A program made the translations under genes and the position numbers. Under the pieces are notes generated by a model. That model searched no databases, was not told the origin of the DNA, and saw only the letters and a program-made list of their open reading frames with translations. This document shows, in pieces, positions 38,891-49,932 of a DNA stretch of 64,000 bases. Each line of letters opens with the position of its first letter. Positions within the stretch are counted from its first letter, which is position 1. Source of the stretch: Candidatus Marinacidobacterales bacterium (GTDB taxonomy: Bacteria; Acidobacteriota; Vicinamibacteria; Marinacidobacterales; SMYC01); the NCBI GenBank assembly GCA_965224085.1, contig CBDCYI010000009.1, positions 768,001-832,000 on the forward strand, in the 5' to 3' direction.

Positions 38891-40252
38891 ATGCCGTTGA
38901 CCCGGACACCTTTACTCGCCCAGACCGTGCGCAAGCTCGTGGCACGGGGCGCGTATGTCAACGCCTACAAGATTCTCAGCCGCCTCCATCCTTCTGATAT
39001 TGCCGATATACTCGGCGACCTCTCCGAACATCTCCGCCGCGAAACGTTCGAAACGCTCTACAAGCGTGACTTGACGCTCGCGAGCGAAGCGCTCTCCGAG
39101 CTCGGGCCCGAGCGAGGCGCACCCATTCTGTCGGAGATGTCGTCTCAGGAGATCTCGAGGATCCTCCAGGAGCTCGATCCGGACGACGCCGCCGATTTCG
39201 TCGCGGATCTCCCCCAGGAGCTTCAAGAAGAAATTCTCGGCGCGATGCGCGAGAAGGAGGCCGCGGAGGTCGAGGATCTTCTGCAATATCCCGAGCAGAC
39301 TGCGGGCCGCATCATGAGCCCAAAGGTCTTCTCGCTCGACGAGGACACTACGGTAGCGGAGACCATCGAGCGTCTTCAAGATGCCGGAGACGACTTGGAG
39401 ATGGTCTTCTACATCTATGTCGTGGACGAGCACGGCAATCTGGTCGGTGTCTTGTCCCTGCGCCAGATTCTCTTGAAGCGGCCCGAGACGCCTCTCAGCG
39501 AAATCATGGAGACCGACGTCATCCGGGTCACCACCGATACGGACCAAGAAGAAGTTTCGCAGCTCGTCGCGTCGTACAACGTTCTCGCCATCCCAGTGGT
39601 GGATGCGCAGAATAAGCTCGTCGGCGTCATTACCGTCGACGATGTCATCGACGTCATCAAGGAAGAGGCGACCGAAGACATGTATCGGCTTGCGGGGCTC
39701 GATACGGAAGAGCGTGTCTTCACGCCGCCCCGCACCTCTTTCCAAAAGCGCGTCCCTTGGCTCGTCGTGAACCTGGTGACGGCGTTTCTTGCCGCGCTCG
39801 TGGTCGCGCAATACGAGTCCGTCATCGGGCAGTTCGCGGTACTCGCGGTCTTCATGCCCATCGTGCCTCTTCTCGCCGGCAATGCGGGCAACCAGACGCT
39901 GACCGTGATGGTGCGCGGGATCGCGCTCGGCGAGCTCTCGTGGGCGAGTAGCCGGAAGGCTCTGGTCAAAGAGGTCTTGGTGGGCGTTGCTAACGGGATC
40001 GTCATGGGGATTCTCGTCGGCTTCGTCGCATATATGTGGAAAGGCGATCCCATCATCGGCGCTGTGTTGGCGCTCGCGATGCTCGGGACGCTTTTTGTGG
40101 CTGCGGTCATGGGAACGTTGGTCCCGCTTTTTCTCCGATGGATCAAGATCGATCCGGCGCTCGCCTCCTCGGTATTTGTGACGACGGCCACCGACGTGAC
40201 GGGGTTTCTACTCTTCCTCGGGCTAGGGTCCTTCGTCCTCGCGCGCTACTAA
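38891..40252 (+). CDS. mgtE: Magnesium transporter MgtE
   Basis: TAGRIM, CBS pair, GNAGNQ, IDPALAS, TATDV. Confidence 0.96.
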   Translation: MPLTRTPLLAQTVRKLVARGAYVNAYKILSRLHPSDIADILGDLSEHLRRETFETLYKRDLTLASEALSELGPERGAPILSEMSSQEISRILQELDPDDAADFVADLPQELQEEILGAMREKEAAEVEDLLQYPEQTAGRIMSPKVFSLDEDTTVAETIERLQDAGDDLEMVFYIYVVDEHGNLVGVLSLRQILLKRPETPLSEIMETDVIRVTTDTDQEEVSQLVASYNVLAIPVVDAQNKLVGVITVDDVIDVIKEEATEDMYRLAGLDTEERVFTPPRTSFQKRVPWLVVNLVTAFLAALVVAQYESVIGQFAVLAVFMPIVPLLAGNAGNQTLTVMVRGIALGELSWASSRKALVKEVLVGVANGIVMGILVGFVAYMWKGDPIIGAVLALAMLGTLFVAAVMGTLVPLFLRWIKIDPALASSVFVTTATDVTGFLLFLGLGSFVLARY

Positions 40253-40261
40253 CCTCGTCAA

Positions 40262-41017
40262 ATGCCTGTCCGGCGGGCAATCGCGACCGTCCTCAGAAGC
40301 TACAAAGTTGGCGAGACCGACAAGATCGTTGTTTTCTTCACGCTTCCTTTTGGAAAGTTGCGGGGTATGGCCCGCGCGGCGAGACGCATGCGCTCGCGCT
40401 TTGGAAGCAGTCTCGAGATCGGCACCGAAGTCGAGCTCACCTTCTTCGAGAAGGAGAGCCGAGAGCTCGTCAGCGTAGATCGCTGTGATATAGTCCGGTC
40501 CAGGTTTTCGGAATTGGGAGAGCCCATTCTCGCGTCGACCCTTGGCTACGTGACGGATCTCGTCGACCATTTCGCGCTCGAGCGCGAGGCCAACACACGC
40601 CTCTATCGATTGTTGCGCGCGACCATTGAAGCCCTCGAGGTCGATGCGAGTCCCGAGACGAAAGCGCGTTATTTCGAGGCTTGGCTCTTGCGGCTCGTCG
40701 GGTTCTATCCGAGGCGGAAGAATTGCCCCTCATGCGGCCGCGCGCTCGCTGATGAGGGGGCGCGTTATCTCGCAGTCGAGCATCGTCTCGAGTGCCTACG
40801 CTGTCTAGATTCGGGTATTTTGTTGTCACCGCGCGCGCTCCAATATCTCGAAGTGATGTGGAAGACGGCGCCCCATGTGCTGGCGCCGCCGGAGACGGAG
40901 GAGGTGCTGCGCGAGCTCGGCTCGTTTCACTACCGTCTCATGCAGGAACAGCTGGAGAAGGATTTGAAGTCACATCAAGTATTCGAGGATTTGCTGCGAT
41001 ACGAGAAAGGACGATGA
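40262..41017 (+). CDS. recO: DNA repair protein RecO
   Basis: [19 protein letters not shown], CxxC...CxxC; located before glyQ. Confidence 0.92.
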   Translation: MPVRRAIATVLRSYKVGETDKIVVFFTLPFGKLRGMARAARRMRSRFGSSLEIGTEVELTFFEKESRELVSVDRCDIVRSRFSELGEPILASTLGYVTDLVDHFALEREANTRLYRLLRATIEALEVDASPETKARYFEAWLLRLVGFYPRRKNCPSCGRALADEGARYLAVEHRLECLRCLDSGILLSPRALQYLEVMWKTAPHVLAPPETEEVLRELGSFHYRLMQEQLEKDLKSHQVFEDLLRYEKGR

Positions 41018-41871
41018 CACTTCAAGAGCTCATCTTCACTCTCACGAAGTTCTGGTCGGATCGAGGCGTTTTAGTCCAGCAACCTTATGATGTCGAAATG
41101 GGGGCCGGGACGATGCACCCCGAGACGTTTTTGCGCGTCCTGGGTCCGGAACCCTGGAAGGCGGTCTTCGTGCAGCCGTCCCGTCGTCCCGCCGACGGCC
41201 GCTATGGAGACAACCCGAACCGGCTCTACAAACATCTCCAGCTTCAGCTCGTCTTGAAGCCGCCGCCGCACGACATTCAGGACCTCTATTTGAAGAGCCT
41301 CTCGGCCTGCGGGATCGACCCGAAGGTACACGATATCCGCTTCGAGGAGGACAACTGGGAGTCCCCGACTCTGGGCGCTTGGGGCATCGGCTGGCAAGTG
41401 CTGCTCGATGGTCTCGAGGTCTCGCAGTTCACCTATTTTCAGCAGGCGGGCGGCATCCTCCTTTCGCCCATCTCGGGCGAGATCACTTACGGGCTCGAGC
41501 GGCTCGACATGTATCTGCAGAATGTCGATGACGTTTATGATCTCGAATGGGCGCCCGGCATTTTGTACCGCGACGTCCGCCATCGCGACGAAGTCGAGGG
41601 CTCCCGGTTCAATTTCGACGCGGCGAATGTCGAGATGACGCGCCGCCACTTCGACGAGCTCTACGCGGAGAGCGGAAGGTTGCTCGAGGAAGGACTCGTG
41701 CTACCCGCCTACGAGCACTGTCTAAAGTGCTCGCACTTGTTCAATACGCTCGATGCGCGTGGCGCCGTATCCGTCAACGAGCGCATGGCGATGATCTTGA
41801 AAGTGCGCGAGCTGGCCTGTGCGGTGGCGAGAGCCTATGTCGGCGTGACCGAGGAGCCGGCCGCATCATGA
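41014..41871 (+). CDS. glyQ: Glycine--tRNA ligase alpha subunit
   Basis: [37 protein letters not shown]. Confidence 0.97.
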   Translation: MTLQELIFTLTKFWSDRGVLVQQPYDVEMGAGTMHPETFLRVLGPEPWKAVFVQPSRRPADGRYGDNPNRLYKHLQLQLVLKPPPHDIQDLYLKSLSACGIDPKVHDIRFEEDNWESPTLGAWGIGWQVLLDGLEVSQFTYFQQAGGILLSPISGEITYGLERLDMYLQNVDDVYDLEWAPGILYRDVRHRDEVEGSRFNFDAANVEMTRRHFDELYAESGRLLEEGLVLPAYEHCLKCSHLFNTLDARGAVSVNERMAMILKVRELACAVARAYVGVTEEPAAS

Positions 41872-43964
41872 ATAACCTTCCGCTCCTCTGGGAAATCGGC
41901 TGCGAAGAGATCCCGGCCTCGTGGCTTTCGCGAACCATCCGCGAGCTCGAGGAGCAGGCAAGAAAGGAGCTCGCAGAAGCCGGGCTCGACGCTAGAGGCG
42001 TGGCGTCGAGCGGCACCATGCGAAGACTCGTCCTACACGTGCCGAAGCTCGCCGACAAGCAGCCCGACCGAAGCGAGCAAGTGACGGGCCCGCCACTGCG
42101 GGTAGCACGGGACGAAAACGGCGCGTGGACTCGGGCCGGTCTCGGCTTCGCGAAGAAAAACGGCATCGGGCCGAAACGCCTCACTGTGCTCACGACACCC
42201 AAAGGCGAGTATGTCGGTTTCGAGCGCTCGACGAAGGGACAGAAGACATTCGCCCTGCTTCCGGACGTGATGACGAAGATCTTGCGCGGCTTGTCCTTTC
42301 CGAAATTCATGCATTGGGACGCGACGCTCGCCGACGGCAAGCCGTTCCCGTTCGGGCGGCCGATCCGCTGGATGGTCGCGCTCTACGGCACCCACGTCGT
42401 GCCGTTTACGATCCACGTTTCCGGCTCGCCTTCTGTAAAGAGCGGACGCAAGTCGCGAGGCCATCGCGTTCTCGCTTCAGCGGGCCAGCGCGGCGGCGCA
42501 CCGTTCAAGGTGACGAGCTTTCGCGAGCTGAAGTCGACGCTCAAGAGCAATTACGTGATCCTGGATCCGGACGAACGTCGCGAGCGGCTGATGAAGGAGT
42601 TGAGAAAGCTCGAAAAAAAGGCGGGCGCCCGCTGCGCCCCGGGGCTCGACCCGGCGCTGGTGGTTGAGCTCTCTGAGTGGCCGGGCGCGGTGCTCGGGAC
42701 TTACCCCGAGGAATTCTTGAGTCTTCCCGAAGAAGTTCGGCACACGGTGCTCATCCACCATCAGCACTATTTTCCTCTGCAGAAGAAGCCGGCCTTCATC
42801 GCGCCGACCAACATGGCGGCGGATACGAAAGGCAATATGAGGACGGGCGCCGAGCGCGTCGTCGTCGCGCGCCTTCGTGACGCTAAGTTCTTCTGGGACG
42901 ATGATCTGAAAACGCCGCTCCACGCGCGCTCGACACGGCTCGAAGGCGTTTTGTTCCACGCGAAGCTCGGTAGCTATCGGGAGAAGAGCGAGCGTATGGT
43001 CACGATTGCGCTTGCCATTGCCGCGAAAACGGAGACGCGTGAAGCGCCGGTCCGCCGTGCGGCCGCGCTCGCGAAGTGCGATCTAGTCACGGGTATGGTG
43101 GGAGAATTCCCCGAGCTTCAAGGCATCATGGGCGGCCTCTACGCGAAGGAGCAAGGCGAGGCCGAGCCCGTTTGGAAAGCGGTCTATGGCCATTACGAGC
43201 CCAAGGGGCTCGAGGAAGACGGCTTTCCTCTCAACCGCGAAGGCGCGGTGGTAGCGCTCGCTGACAAGCTCGACACACTCGGGAGTATGTTCTCCGTCGG
43301 GCTCGTGCCGACTGGCTCACGCGATCCTTTTGCCCTGCGGCGTGCGGCGCTCGGCGTCATCCGTATTCTTCTCGAAAGCCACGAACGGCTCGACTTTCCG
43401 CTCGAGATCACGCCCGATGAGCTCCTGGCGCTCGGCGACGCGCCGGTAGACGACAAGCTCCTGGAGTTTTTTACCGAGCGGCTCCGTTTCGTTTTCGCGC
43501 GGCGCTATCGCCATGACGAGATCTCTGCTGTGTTCGCTCTCGGAGCGCTCGACCGACCGGTTACCGACACCGCGCACCGGCTCGAGGCGGTCGCAGCGCT
43601 TCGCGGCTCGGGGGATTTCCAGGCGCTCTCCTCCGCGTTCAAACGCGTAAGGAACATCCTCGCCGACAAGAAGCCAGGCCGAGTCGATCCCGAAGCGTTC
43701 TCGGAGAAACAAGAGGAAGAACTTTATTCCGCGCTCGAAGCCATGGAGCCGAGCGCGACCGCGAAGATCAAAGACGGATCCTACAGGGAAGCGCTTCTGG
43801 AGCTTTCGACCTTGCGGCCCGCGGTCGATCGATTTTTTGACGAAGTGCTGGTAATGGCGGAAGACGAGAGGTTGCGGACCAACCGTTTGGCGCTCCTTCA
43901 CCGATTGCGTACTCTGCTCTCCCAGGTCGCGGATCTTTCCGAGATCGTCTCCGCCGACAACTGA
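41868..43964 (+). CDS. glyS: Glycine--tRNA ligase beta subunit
   Basis: [48 protein letters not shown]. Confidence 0.95.
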   Translation: MNNLPLLWEIGCEEIPASWLSRTIRELEEQARKELAEAGLDARGVASSGTMRRLVLHVPKLADKQPDRSEQVTGPPLRVARDENGAWTRAGLGFAKKNGIGPKRLTVLTTPKGEYVGFERSTKGQKTFALLPDVMTKILRGLSFPKFMHWDATLADGKPFPFGRPIRWMVALYGTHVVPFTIHVSGSPSVKSGRKSRGHRVLASAGQRGGAPFKVTSFRELKSTLKSNYVILDPDERRERLMKELRKLEKKAGARCAPGLDPALVVELSEWPGAVLGTYPEEFLSLPEEVRHTVLIHHQHYFPLQKKPAFIAPTNMAADTKGNMRTGAERVVVARLRDAKFFWDDDLKTPLHARSTRLEGVLFHAKLGSYREKSERMVTIALAIAAKTETREAPVRRAAALAKCDLVTGMVGEFPELQGIMGGLYAKEQGEAEPVWKAVYGHYEPKGLEEDGFPLNREGAVVALADKLDTLGSMFSVGLVPTGSRDPFALRRAALGVIRILLESHERLDFPLEITPDELLALGDAPVDDKLLEFFTERLRFVFARRYRHDEISAVFALGALDRPVTDTAHRLEAVAALRGSGDFQALSSAFKRVRNILADKKPGRVDPEAFSEKQEEELYSALEAMEPSATAKIKDGSYREALLELSTLRPAVDRFFDEVLVMAEDERLRTNRLALLHRLRTLLSQVADLSEIVSADN

Positions 43965-43978
43965 GCCCCTTATCCAAG

Positions 43979-45745
43979 ATGACGAAGATCCGTTTGATGC
44001 CGGATGCGCTGGCGAATCAGATCGCCGCGGGGGAAGTCGTTGAGCGCCCCGCTTCGGTCGTCAAGGAGCTTGTTGAGAACTCACTCGATGCGGGCGCGAG
44101 TTCGATTTTCGCCCTCATCGAGAAGAGCGGCAAGGATCGCATCCGGATTTCCGATGACGGTATCGGTATGAGTCCGGAAGACGCGCGCCTCTCTCTCGAG
44201 CGTCACGCCACGAGCAAGCTCTACTCTGCGGACGAGCTCTCGAACATCTCGTCCCTCGGCTTTCGTGGGGAGGCGTTGCCGTCCATCGCTTCCGTGTCGC
44301 AATTCACGCTTCAGACTCGGGAGGCCTCATCGAACGCGGGCTACGAGATCGAAATCGTTGGCGGTAAGCTCGTTCGAGAAGGGGAGCTCGGTGTGCCTCC
44401 CGGAACAGTCATCGACGTGCGGCAACTATTCGTGAACGTGCCGGCGCGGCGCAAATTTCTACGTGCCGACGTCACCGAGGCGTCGCACATTGCGGCGCAG
44501 ATTTCGAACCTCGCCGTTTGCTACCCCGACGTGCATTTCCGTCTCGAGCACGGCAAACGAAAGGTGCTCGACACCCCTTCGGTGCCGTCGCGGCGCGAGC
44601 GTATCTATCAAATCGATAAAAGCTGGGTGGAGACCACTGTCGTTCTCGACGATCACGTCGGAAGCCTCGCGATCCAGGCTTGGCTCGCACCGCCCGCGGA
44701 ATCCCGCGGGACGTCAACGCGGCTGCACGCTTACGTGAACGGAAGGCCCGTCAAGGATCGCATCCTCACCCACGCGGTCATGGAAGCCTATCGCCAGGTT
44801 TCTTCGAAATCGGGGACCCCGCGCGTTTATTTGTTCCTGGAGCTTCCGCCCGACAAAGTCGACGTCAACGTCCATCCGGCGAAGAGCGAGGTGCGTTTCG
44901 TCGATCAGCAATTCGTCCACCACGCCGTGTTCTCTGCTGTTAAGAACACGCTGCACGGCGACGGGCGAGCGCCGGACGTACTCATTACGAGGTCGGGAAG
45001 CGGGCTCGCGCCGCCGCCGTTCAAACGCGAGCCGACTCCCGCCCTATACGGCCAATCGGGCCAATCGGGCCAATCGGGAATGACGGAAATGTCGGGGACC
45101 CAAATGGCCGAAGCTCTACTAAGCCCGCAGGCGGCTTCTTCTGAGCCCACGCCCACTTTTGCCGAGTTCGTCGATACGCCGCCGATCCCGATCGGACAGT
45201 TTCGCGAAAGCTATATCCTCGCCGCCGATGACGACGACGTCTGGCTCGTCGACCAACACGCGGCGCACGAGCGCATCCTTTACGAAGATCTTGTCGATCG
45301 AGGCGACAGCGGTGAGCAGCAACTCTTGCTCACAGCTACGCCGCTCGAGCTCACGCCGTCCGAGCGCGTGACGATGGAGGAAGAGCTCTCGCAGCTTCTT
45401 GCTTTCGGCTATGACATCGAGCCCTTCGGCGGCGACGGCTACGTCCTCCGCGCCGTGCCCGCGGCACTCTCGGGAATCGACACGTTGCGGCTCGTGCGTG
45501 CGGCGCTCGGTGAACGCGAGCGCGAGTGCCGCAGCTCATCGGTCATCGATGCGCAGAGCCGCATCGCCGCCCGGCTAGCTTGCCACGCTGCTATCAAAGT
45601 CAACTTCCCGCTCGCGATGGAGAAGATGCAATACATCGTGCGGACGCTCTGGAAGGCGCGGCAGCCGACCGTCTGTCCGCACGGCCGTCCGACGACCCTT
45701 CGGATCGGCCTCGAGCAGATTGAAAGAAACTTCGGGAGGATCTAG
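43979..45745 (+). CDS. mutL: DNA mismatch repair endonuclease MutL
   Basis: NQIAAGEVVERP, GFRGEAL, DVNVHPAK, DQHAAHE, CPHGRP. Confidence 0.97.
   Translation: MTKIRLMPDALANQIAAGEVVERPASVVKELVENSLDAGASSIFALIEKSGKDRIRISDDGIGMSPEDARLSLERHATSKLYSADELSNISSLGFRGEALPSIASVSQFTLQTREASSNAGYEIEIVGGKLVREGELGVPPGTVIDVRQLFVNVPARRKFLRADVTEASHIAAQISNLAVCYPDVHFRLEHGKRKVLDTPSVPSRRERIYQIDKSWVETTVVLDDHVGSLAIQAWLAPPAESRGTSTRLHAYVNGRPVKDRILTHAVMEAYRQVSSKSGTPRVYLFLELPPDKVDVNVHPAKSEVRFVDQQFVHHAVFSAVKNTLHGDGRAPDVLITRSGSGLAPPPFKREPTPALYGQSGQSGQSGMTEMSGTQMAEALLSPQAASSEPTPTFAEFVDTPPIPIGQFRESYILAADDDDVWLVDQHAAHERILYEDLVDRGDSGEQQLLLTATPLELTPSERVTMEEELSQLLAFGYDIEPFGGDGYVLRAVPAALSGIDTLRLVRAALGERERECRSSSVIDAQSRIAARLACHAAIKVNFPLAMEKMQYIVRTLWKARQPTVCPHGRPTTLRIGLEQIERNFGRI
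45050..45078 (+). repeat. 9-bp tandem repeat (GGCCAATCG)x3 in the MutL linker, encoding GQS
   Basis: Read directly from the sequence. Confidence 0.85.
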
Positions 45746-45747
45746 GC

Positions 45748-45963
45748 GTGTCCCAGAAACAGAACGTCAACTGGTCAGGGTGGACGCTGTACTATGTCGG
45801 GCGCGGGCTCGAGTTGTTCGGCTTCATCGCCGTGAGCCTGGCGATGGTTAACTTTTTCGGCACCAGCCAAATGCGGCCCATGCTCGGGATGACGGGCGTG
45901 GGTGGGGCCCTTTTTGTCGTTGGTTGGCTTCTTTCCAAGAACGACCCAGGACGTAAACAATGA
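45748..45963 (+). CDS. Small two-TM hypothetical protein
   Basis: Two hydrophobic segments; tightly packed in the operon with an ATGA overlap. Confidence 0.7.
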   Translation: MSQKQNVNWSGWTLYYVGRGLELFGFIAVSLAMVNFFGTSQMRPMLGMTGVGGALFVVGWLLSKNDPGRKQ

Positions 45964-47138
45964 AAAAGATAACGCGTGTCTTCAGATTAACTTGGGGATT
46001 AACTTTGGCTTTGGGCACCGCCGCCGCGGCTCAGTCGGTGCCGCCGCAATTTACTCTTGACTACGAGGCGATGGCGAGGAAGATCGTCGAGCGTCTCGCG
46101 ATGAAGCCGGGCGAGACGTTTCTCGCCGTGGCCCATCCAGGGCTCTTCGATGCACTCATCCCCCATTTGCGCTACGAGGTGATGAAAGTAGGGGCGATCG
46201 ATCTTGGCGTCATCGATGTGCTCGCGCAACCCGTGCCCGGCGGTTGGAGCGAAGAGACGCTCCGTGAAGACGGACGCGCATCGCGCGCGAAGCTTTTGGA
46301 GATGCTCGAGGACGTCGATGCCTCGATCATGCTTCCAGGGGCCAACCCCGGGCAGCCCGTCTACGCGGCCATTCAAGATCTCTTGCGCGCGGGCAAAGGA
46401 CGGACGATCCACTTTCATTGGCTCGAGAACGGGAGTGCTTTTCCTTTGCCGGGCCAGCCGCTTCCGGCGCGTCATGTCATCGAAGCGGTTTATCAGCGCG
46501 CGCTTCTGGAAACGGATTATGTCGCGATGGCGGCCCATCAACGCCGCTTCGAGGCCGCCATGCGGGGTGCCGCCGTGCGGGTCACGACCTCGGCGGGAAC
46601 CAATCTCCGCTTGCGCATAGGAGAGCGGCCAGTAAATTTCCAAGACGGCGACGCGTCCAAAGCGCGGACGGATGAGGGCGTCATCTTGATCGATCGCGAG
46701 CTCGAGCTTCCATCGGGCGCCGTGCGTGTCGCGCCGATCGAGGATTCGGTGCATGGAACGATCGCTTTTCCGCCGTCGCAGTGGGCGGGCCGGCCCGTCC
46801 ACGGTCTGAAGCTCGTGTTCGAGCGCGGTAAGGTGATTTCTTTTTCTGCGGACTCCGGCGAAGACGCTGTGCCTCGCGAGATGGAGGGCGCCGGCGACGC
46901 GGGAAAATCTTTCCGCGAGCTCGCGCTTGGGTTCAACCCGCTCCTCGAGGTGCCGGAAGAAAATCCCTGGATTCCGTATTACGGCTATGGCGCCGGTGTC
47001 GTCCGTTTATCTCTCGGTGACAATTCCGAGTTCGGGGGGGACGTTACGGGCGGCTATGTTCGCTGGAACTTCTTTGTTGGCACCACGGTCACGGCCGGCG
47101 ATGACGTGTGGGTGCGCGACGGCGAGCTCATCAAGTAG
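45960..47138 (+). CDS. Secreted M29 (aminopeptidase T) fold protein with degenerate metal site
   Basis: Signal peptide; AGTNLRL, ELPSGAVRVAP, ELALGFNP, LSLGDN. Confidence 0.7.
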   Translation: MKKITRVFRLTWGLTLALGTAAAAQSVPPQFTLDYEAMARKIVERLAMKPGETFLAVAHPGLFDALIPHLRYEVMKVGAIDLGVIDVLAQPVPGGWSEETLREDGRASRAKLLEMLEDVDASIMLPGANPGQPVYAAIQDLLRAGKGRTIHFHWLENGSAFPLPGQPLPARHVIEAVYQRALLETDYVAMAAHQRRFEAAMRGAAVRVTTSAGTNLRLRIGERPVNFQDGDASKARTDEGVILIDRELELPSGAVRVAPIEDSVHGTIAFPPSQWAGRPVHGLKLVFERGKVISFSADSGEDAVPREMEGAGDAGKSFRELALGFNPLLEVPEENPWIPYYGYGAGVVRLSLGDNSEFGGDVTGGYVRWNFFVGTTVTAGDDVWVRDGELIK

Positions 47139-47154
47139 CAGAAAGGATGACACC

Positions 47155-48046
47155 GTGAAACGAATCGCATTGTTCTTGACCATGGCGCTACCGAGCGTCC
47201 ACTTGCCGCAGGCGCAGACCGGGCTCAAAGTGCACATCTCGGCCGACCTCGAGGGCGTCGCGGGAACCGTTACTCGCGAATAGATGGGACAGGGCGGATT
47301 CGAGTATCAAAAGGCCCGGGAGTGGATGACGCGGGAAGTGCTCGCCGCCACCGAGGGCGCGCGCGCCGCCGGCGCCACGGAGATTCTCTTGGCGGATTCT
47401 CACGGGAACAGCCAGAACTTACTACTCGACATGATTCCGAGCGGCATCGAGCTCGTCCGCTCGTGGCCGAGGCCTTTAGGCATGATGGAAGGCGTCGACG
47501 AGAGCTTCGATGCCGTGCTTTTCATTGGCTATCACACGTCGAGCTCGAATGCCGCTGGCGTCTTCGCGCATACCATTACCGGTGCTTTCACGAATGTCGG
47601 CATCAATGGGGTCGCGGTTACCGAAGCCGCGTTCAACGCGGCCATCGCGGGGCATTTCGGTGTTCCGGCGGTGATGATCTCGGGCGACGACGCCGTCATC
47701 GAAGAAGCCCGCTCGATTGTCGGCGAGCTCGAAGGCGCTGTCGTTAAAGTTAAACATCGTTATAGCTTCAACGCCGCGCGGACGCTGACGCCTCAAGACG
47801 CCCGCGCCTTGATCCGTGACAAAGCAGGGTGTCGAGCGTCGAGCCGCGCTCGAGCCTTACGTCGTCGCGACGCCCGTCACGCTGGACTTGACTCTGCGCC
47901 GCCATCTCCCCGCAGAGCTTCTTTCTTATCTTCCTTCGGTCGAGCGAACCGGCTCGCACTCCGTACGCTTCGTCGGCGAGGACATGATGGTCGTGTCGAA
48001 GTTCATGGAGTTTGCCGCGACGGCGCTCTCCGGGATCGCGGAATAG
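47155..48046 (+). pseudogene. M55 D-aminopeptidase (DppA-like) with in-frame TAG at 47281 and frameshift at ~47822
   Basis: ISADLEG, ADSHG, FIGYH, AHT, SGDD. Confidence 0.88.
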
Positions 48047-48109
48047 ACTGCCGTCGCTGAGAGACGTCTACGTGGCGTTCAAAGGTGAACGCCCAACGCT
48101 GCCTTCCGC

Positions 48110-48532
48110 CTACTCTCCGATGATCTTGATGAGCACCCGTTTCGGCCGGCGGCCGTCGAACTCCCCGTAGAAGATCTGCTCCCACGGGCCGAAGTCGAGC
48201 TCGCCCTCGGTGACCGCGACCACGACCTCGCGCCCCATTACCTGGCGCTTGTGATGCGCGTCGCCGTTATCTTCGCCCGTCCGGTTGTGGTGATAGCGCT
48301 CCGGGCTCGCGTCGAAAGGCGCGAGCCACTCGAGCCACCGCTTGTAATCTTCGTGGAGTCCGGGCTCGTCGTCATTGATGAAAACGGAGGCGGTGATGTG
48401 CATGGCGTTGACGAGGCACAGGCCTTCTTGAACGCCGCTCTCACGAAGCGCCTCTTCGACCTCAGGCGTGATGTTCACGAAGTCCATCCGCTCCGCCACC
48501 TCGAAGGTGAACGTTTTGCGGAGGCTCTTCAA
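48110..48532 (-). CDS. yjbQ: YjbQ/UPF0047 family protein
   Basis: [33 protein letters not shown]. Confidence 0.92.
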   Translation of the reverse strand: MKSLRKTFTFEVAERMDFVNITPEVEEALRESGVQEGLCLVNAMHITASVFINDDEPGLHEDYKRWLEWLAPFDASPERYHHNRTGEDNGDAHHKRQVMGREVVVAVTEGELDFGPWEQIFYGEFDGRRPKRVLIKIIGE

Positions 48533-48963
48533 CCGCCGATTCCGTCCGCTGTGAAAAAGGCGACGACCGAGTCGAGCTCTTGGCTCAATTTGTCGACGCG
48601 TTGATGCAGAAGGTTACGAATCGAGAGTAGGCCGAGAACTTTCTTGTCGGCGTCGACGACGGGTAGATGACGGAAGTGCCGCTCCGTCATGATCTGGAGG
48701 GCTTCGCCCATCGACATGTCTTTCTGGGCGGACAAACAATCCGGTGTCATGACGTCGCCGACCGGCGTCTCTTTCGAGTCTTTCCCTTCGAGCACAACCC
48801 GGATCATGAGATCTCTTTCGGTGAAGATGCCCGCCAACGCGTCGTCCTTGACGACGGCAACCGCACCCACACGCTGGTCGTTCATGAGTCGCACGGCTTC
48901 GAAAACAGAGGTCTCGGACGAGACTAGGGCTCCTGGTACACTCGCGATCTTCAGAAGGTCCAT
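48529..48963 (-). CDS. CBS domain protein
   Basis: AAGGAG RBS; GIFTERD, DVMT, RHLPVV. Confidence 0.9.
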   Translation of the reverse strand: MDLLKIASVPGALVSSETSVFEAVRLMNDQRVGAVAVVKDDALAGIFTERDLMIRVVLEGKDSKETPVGDVMTPDCLSAQKDMSMGEALQIMTERHFRHLPVVDADKKVLGLLSIRNLLHQRVDKLSQELDSVVAFFTADGIGG

Positions 48964-49214
48964 GGCGTGCTCCTTTCTGAGCGTTAATCCTAGTGTCCGG
49001 CTAAAACCAGTTCCCTGGGAGCGTCCGGTTAGTGAGAGAGTGCGTATCGAACTCGGGGAATGCCGACACCGCTCCGATTCCGAACTTCCGAATGTTAGAT
49101 TGTTTACCAAGTTGGTCCCGTTCCGCAAGGCCGGCCCGGTGCGGTGCAGGATAGGGCTTCTCGACAAATCTGTATCTTGTTGATATGGTTTTAAGTAACG
49201 GGTCTTTCCCTCCC

Positions 49215-49932
49215 ATGTCGAGATATTTTCTTCGTTTTTTGCCGGTCCTGTGTGTCCTGTCCGGGCTCGTGCCGGACATTGTGGAAGCGATCCCCGCATT
49301 CGCGCGGCGCTACGATCTGCCGTGTCATTTCTGCCATGATGGCTTTCCAAAGCTGAGCGTTCTCGGCGAGCAGTTCAAGGAGCGAGGCTTTCGGCTCGAA
49401 AACGACAAGAGCGATGTGAGCACGTGGATTCGCTCCGTGCCTGTGAGCGTTCGCGGCGCGTTTCATCAGACCTTCGAGGAGAAAGGTATTGCGGACTCGA
49501 GCGGCCTCGTTCGGCTCGTGACCGCCGGCGACCTAGGCAGCCGCGTATCTTATTGGATAGAGGACAACTATCTTTTGGAGAGCGAGGATTCGAGACGCAT
49601 TGGGCTCGACAATGCGTTCGTGCGTGTCGAGATCTTGCCCGACGAGCTCTATGTCCGGGGGGGAAGGATCGAGCTCGATTTACCGTTCAGCCAGACGCGC
49701 ACACCCCAGCTGTTCCGCTACGAGATCTATTTCGCAAATACCGGTTTCGAGACCGACAGTATTGGCGTTCACCAGGACGGCGTCGAGATTGGCGGCTTTC
49801 TCGACGACACCACGCGGTGGTCGATTGCCGTCGTGGACGGCTATGACAGTGAAGAGCAAATCTCTATGTCCGGTGATGTCGGCAAGTTTGAAGGGAACGT
49901 TTTCGGCCGTCTCGTACGCCGCTTCGGTGAGT
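49215..49932 (+). pseudogene. Cyc2-like monohaem cytochrome-porin, truncated by IS903-like copy 3
   Basis: Signal peptide then AIPAFARRY...CHFCH..FPKL...GEQFKERGF, followed by beta-strand-like sequence. Confidence 0.7.

Noticed and set aside
47281-47283. In-frame TAG in dppA as pyrrolysine or readthrough
   Set aside because: The gene also has a frameshift, no pyl genes are visible, and CAG>TAG explains it
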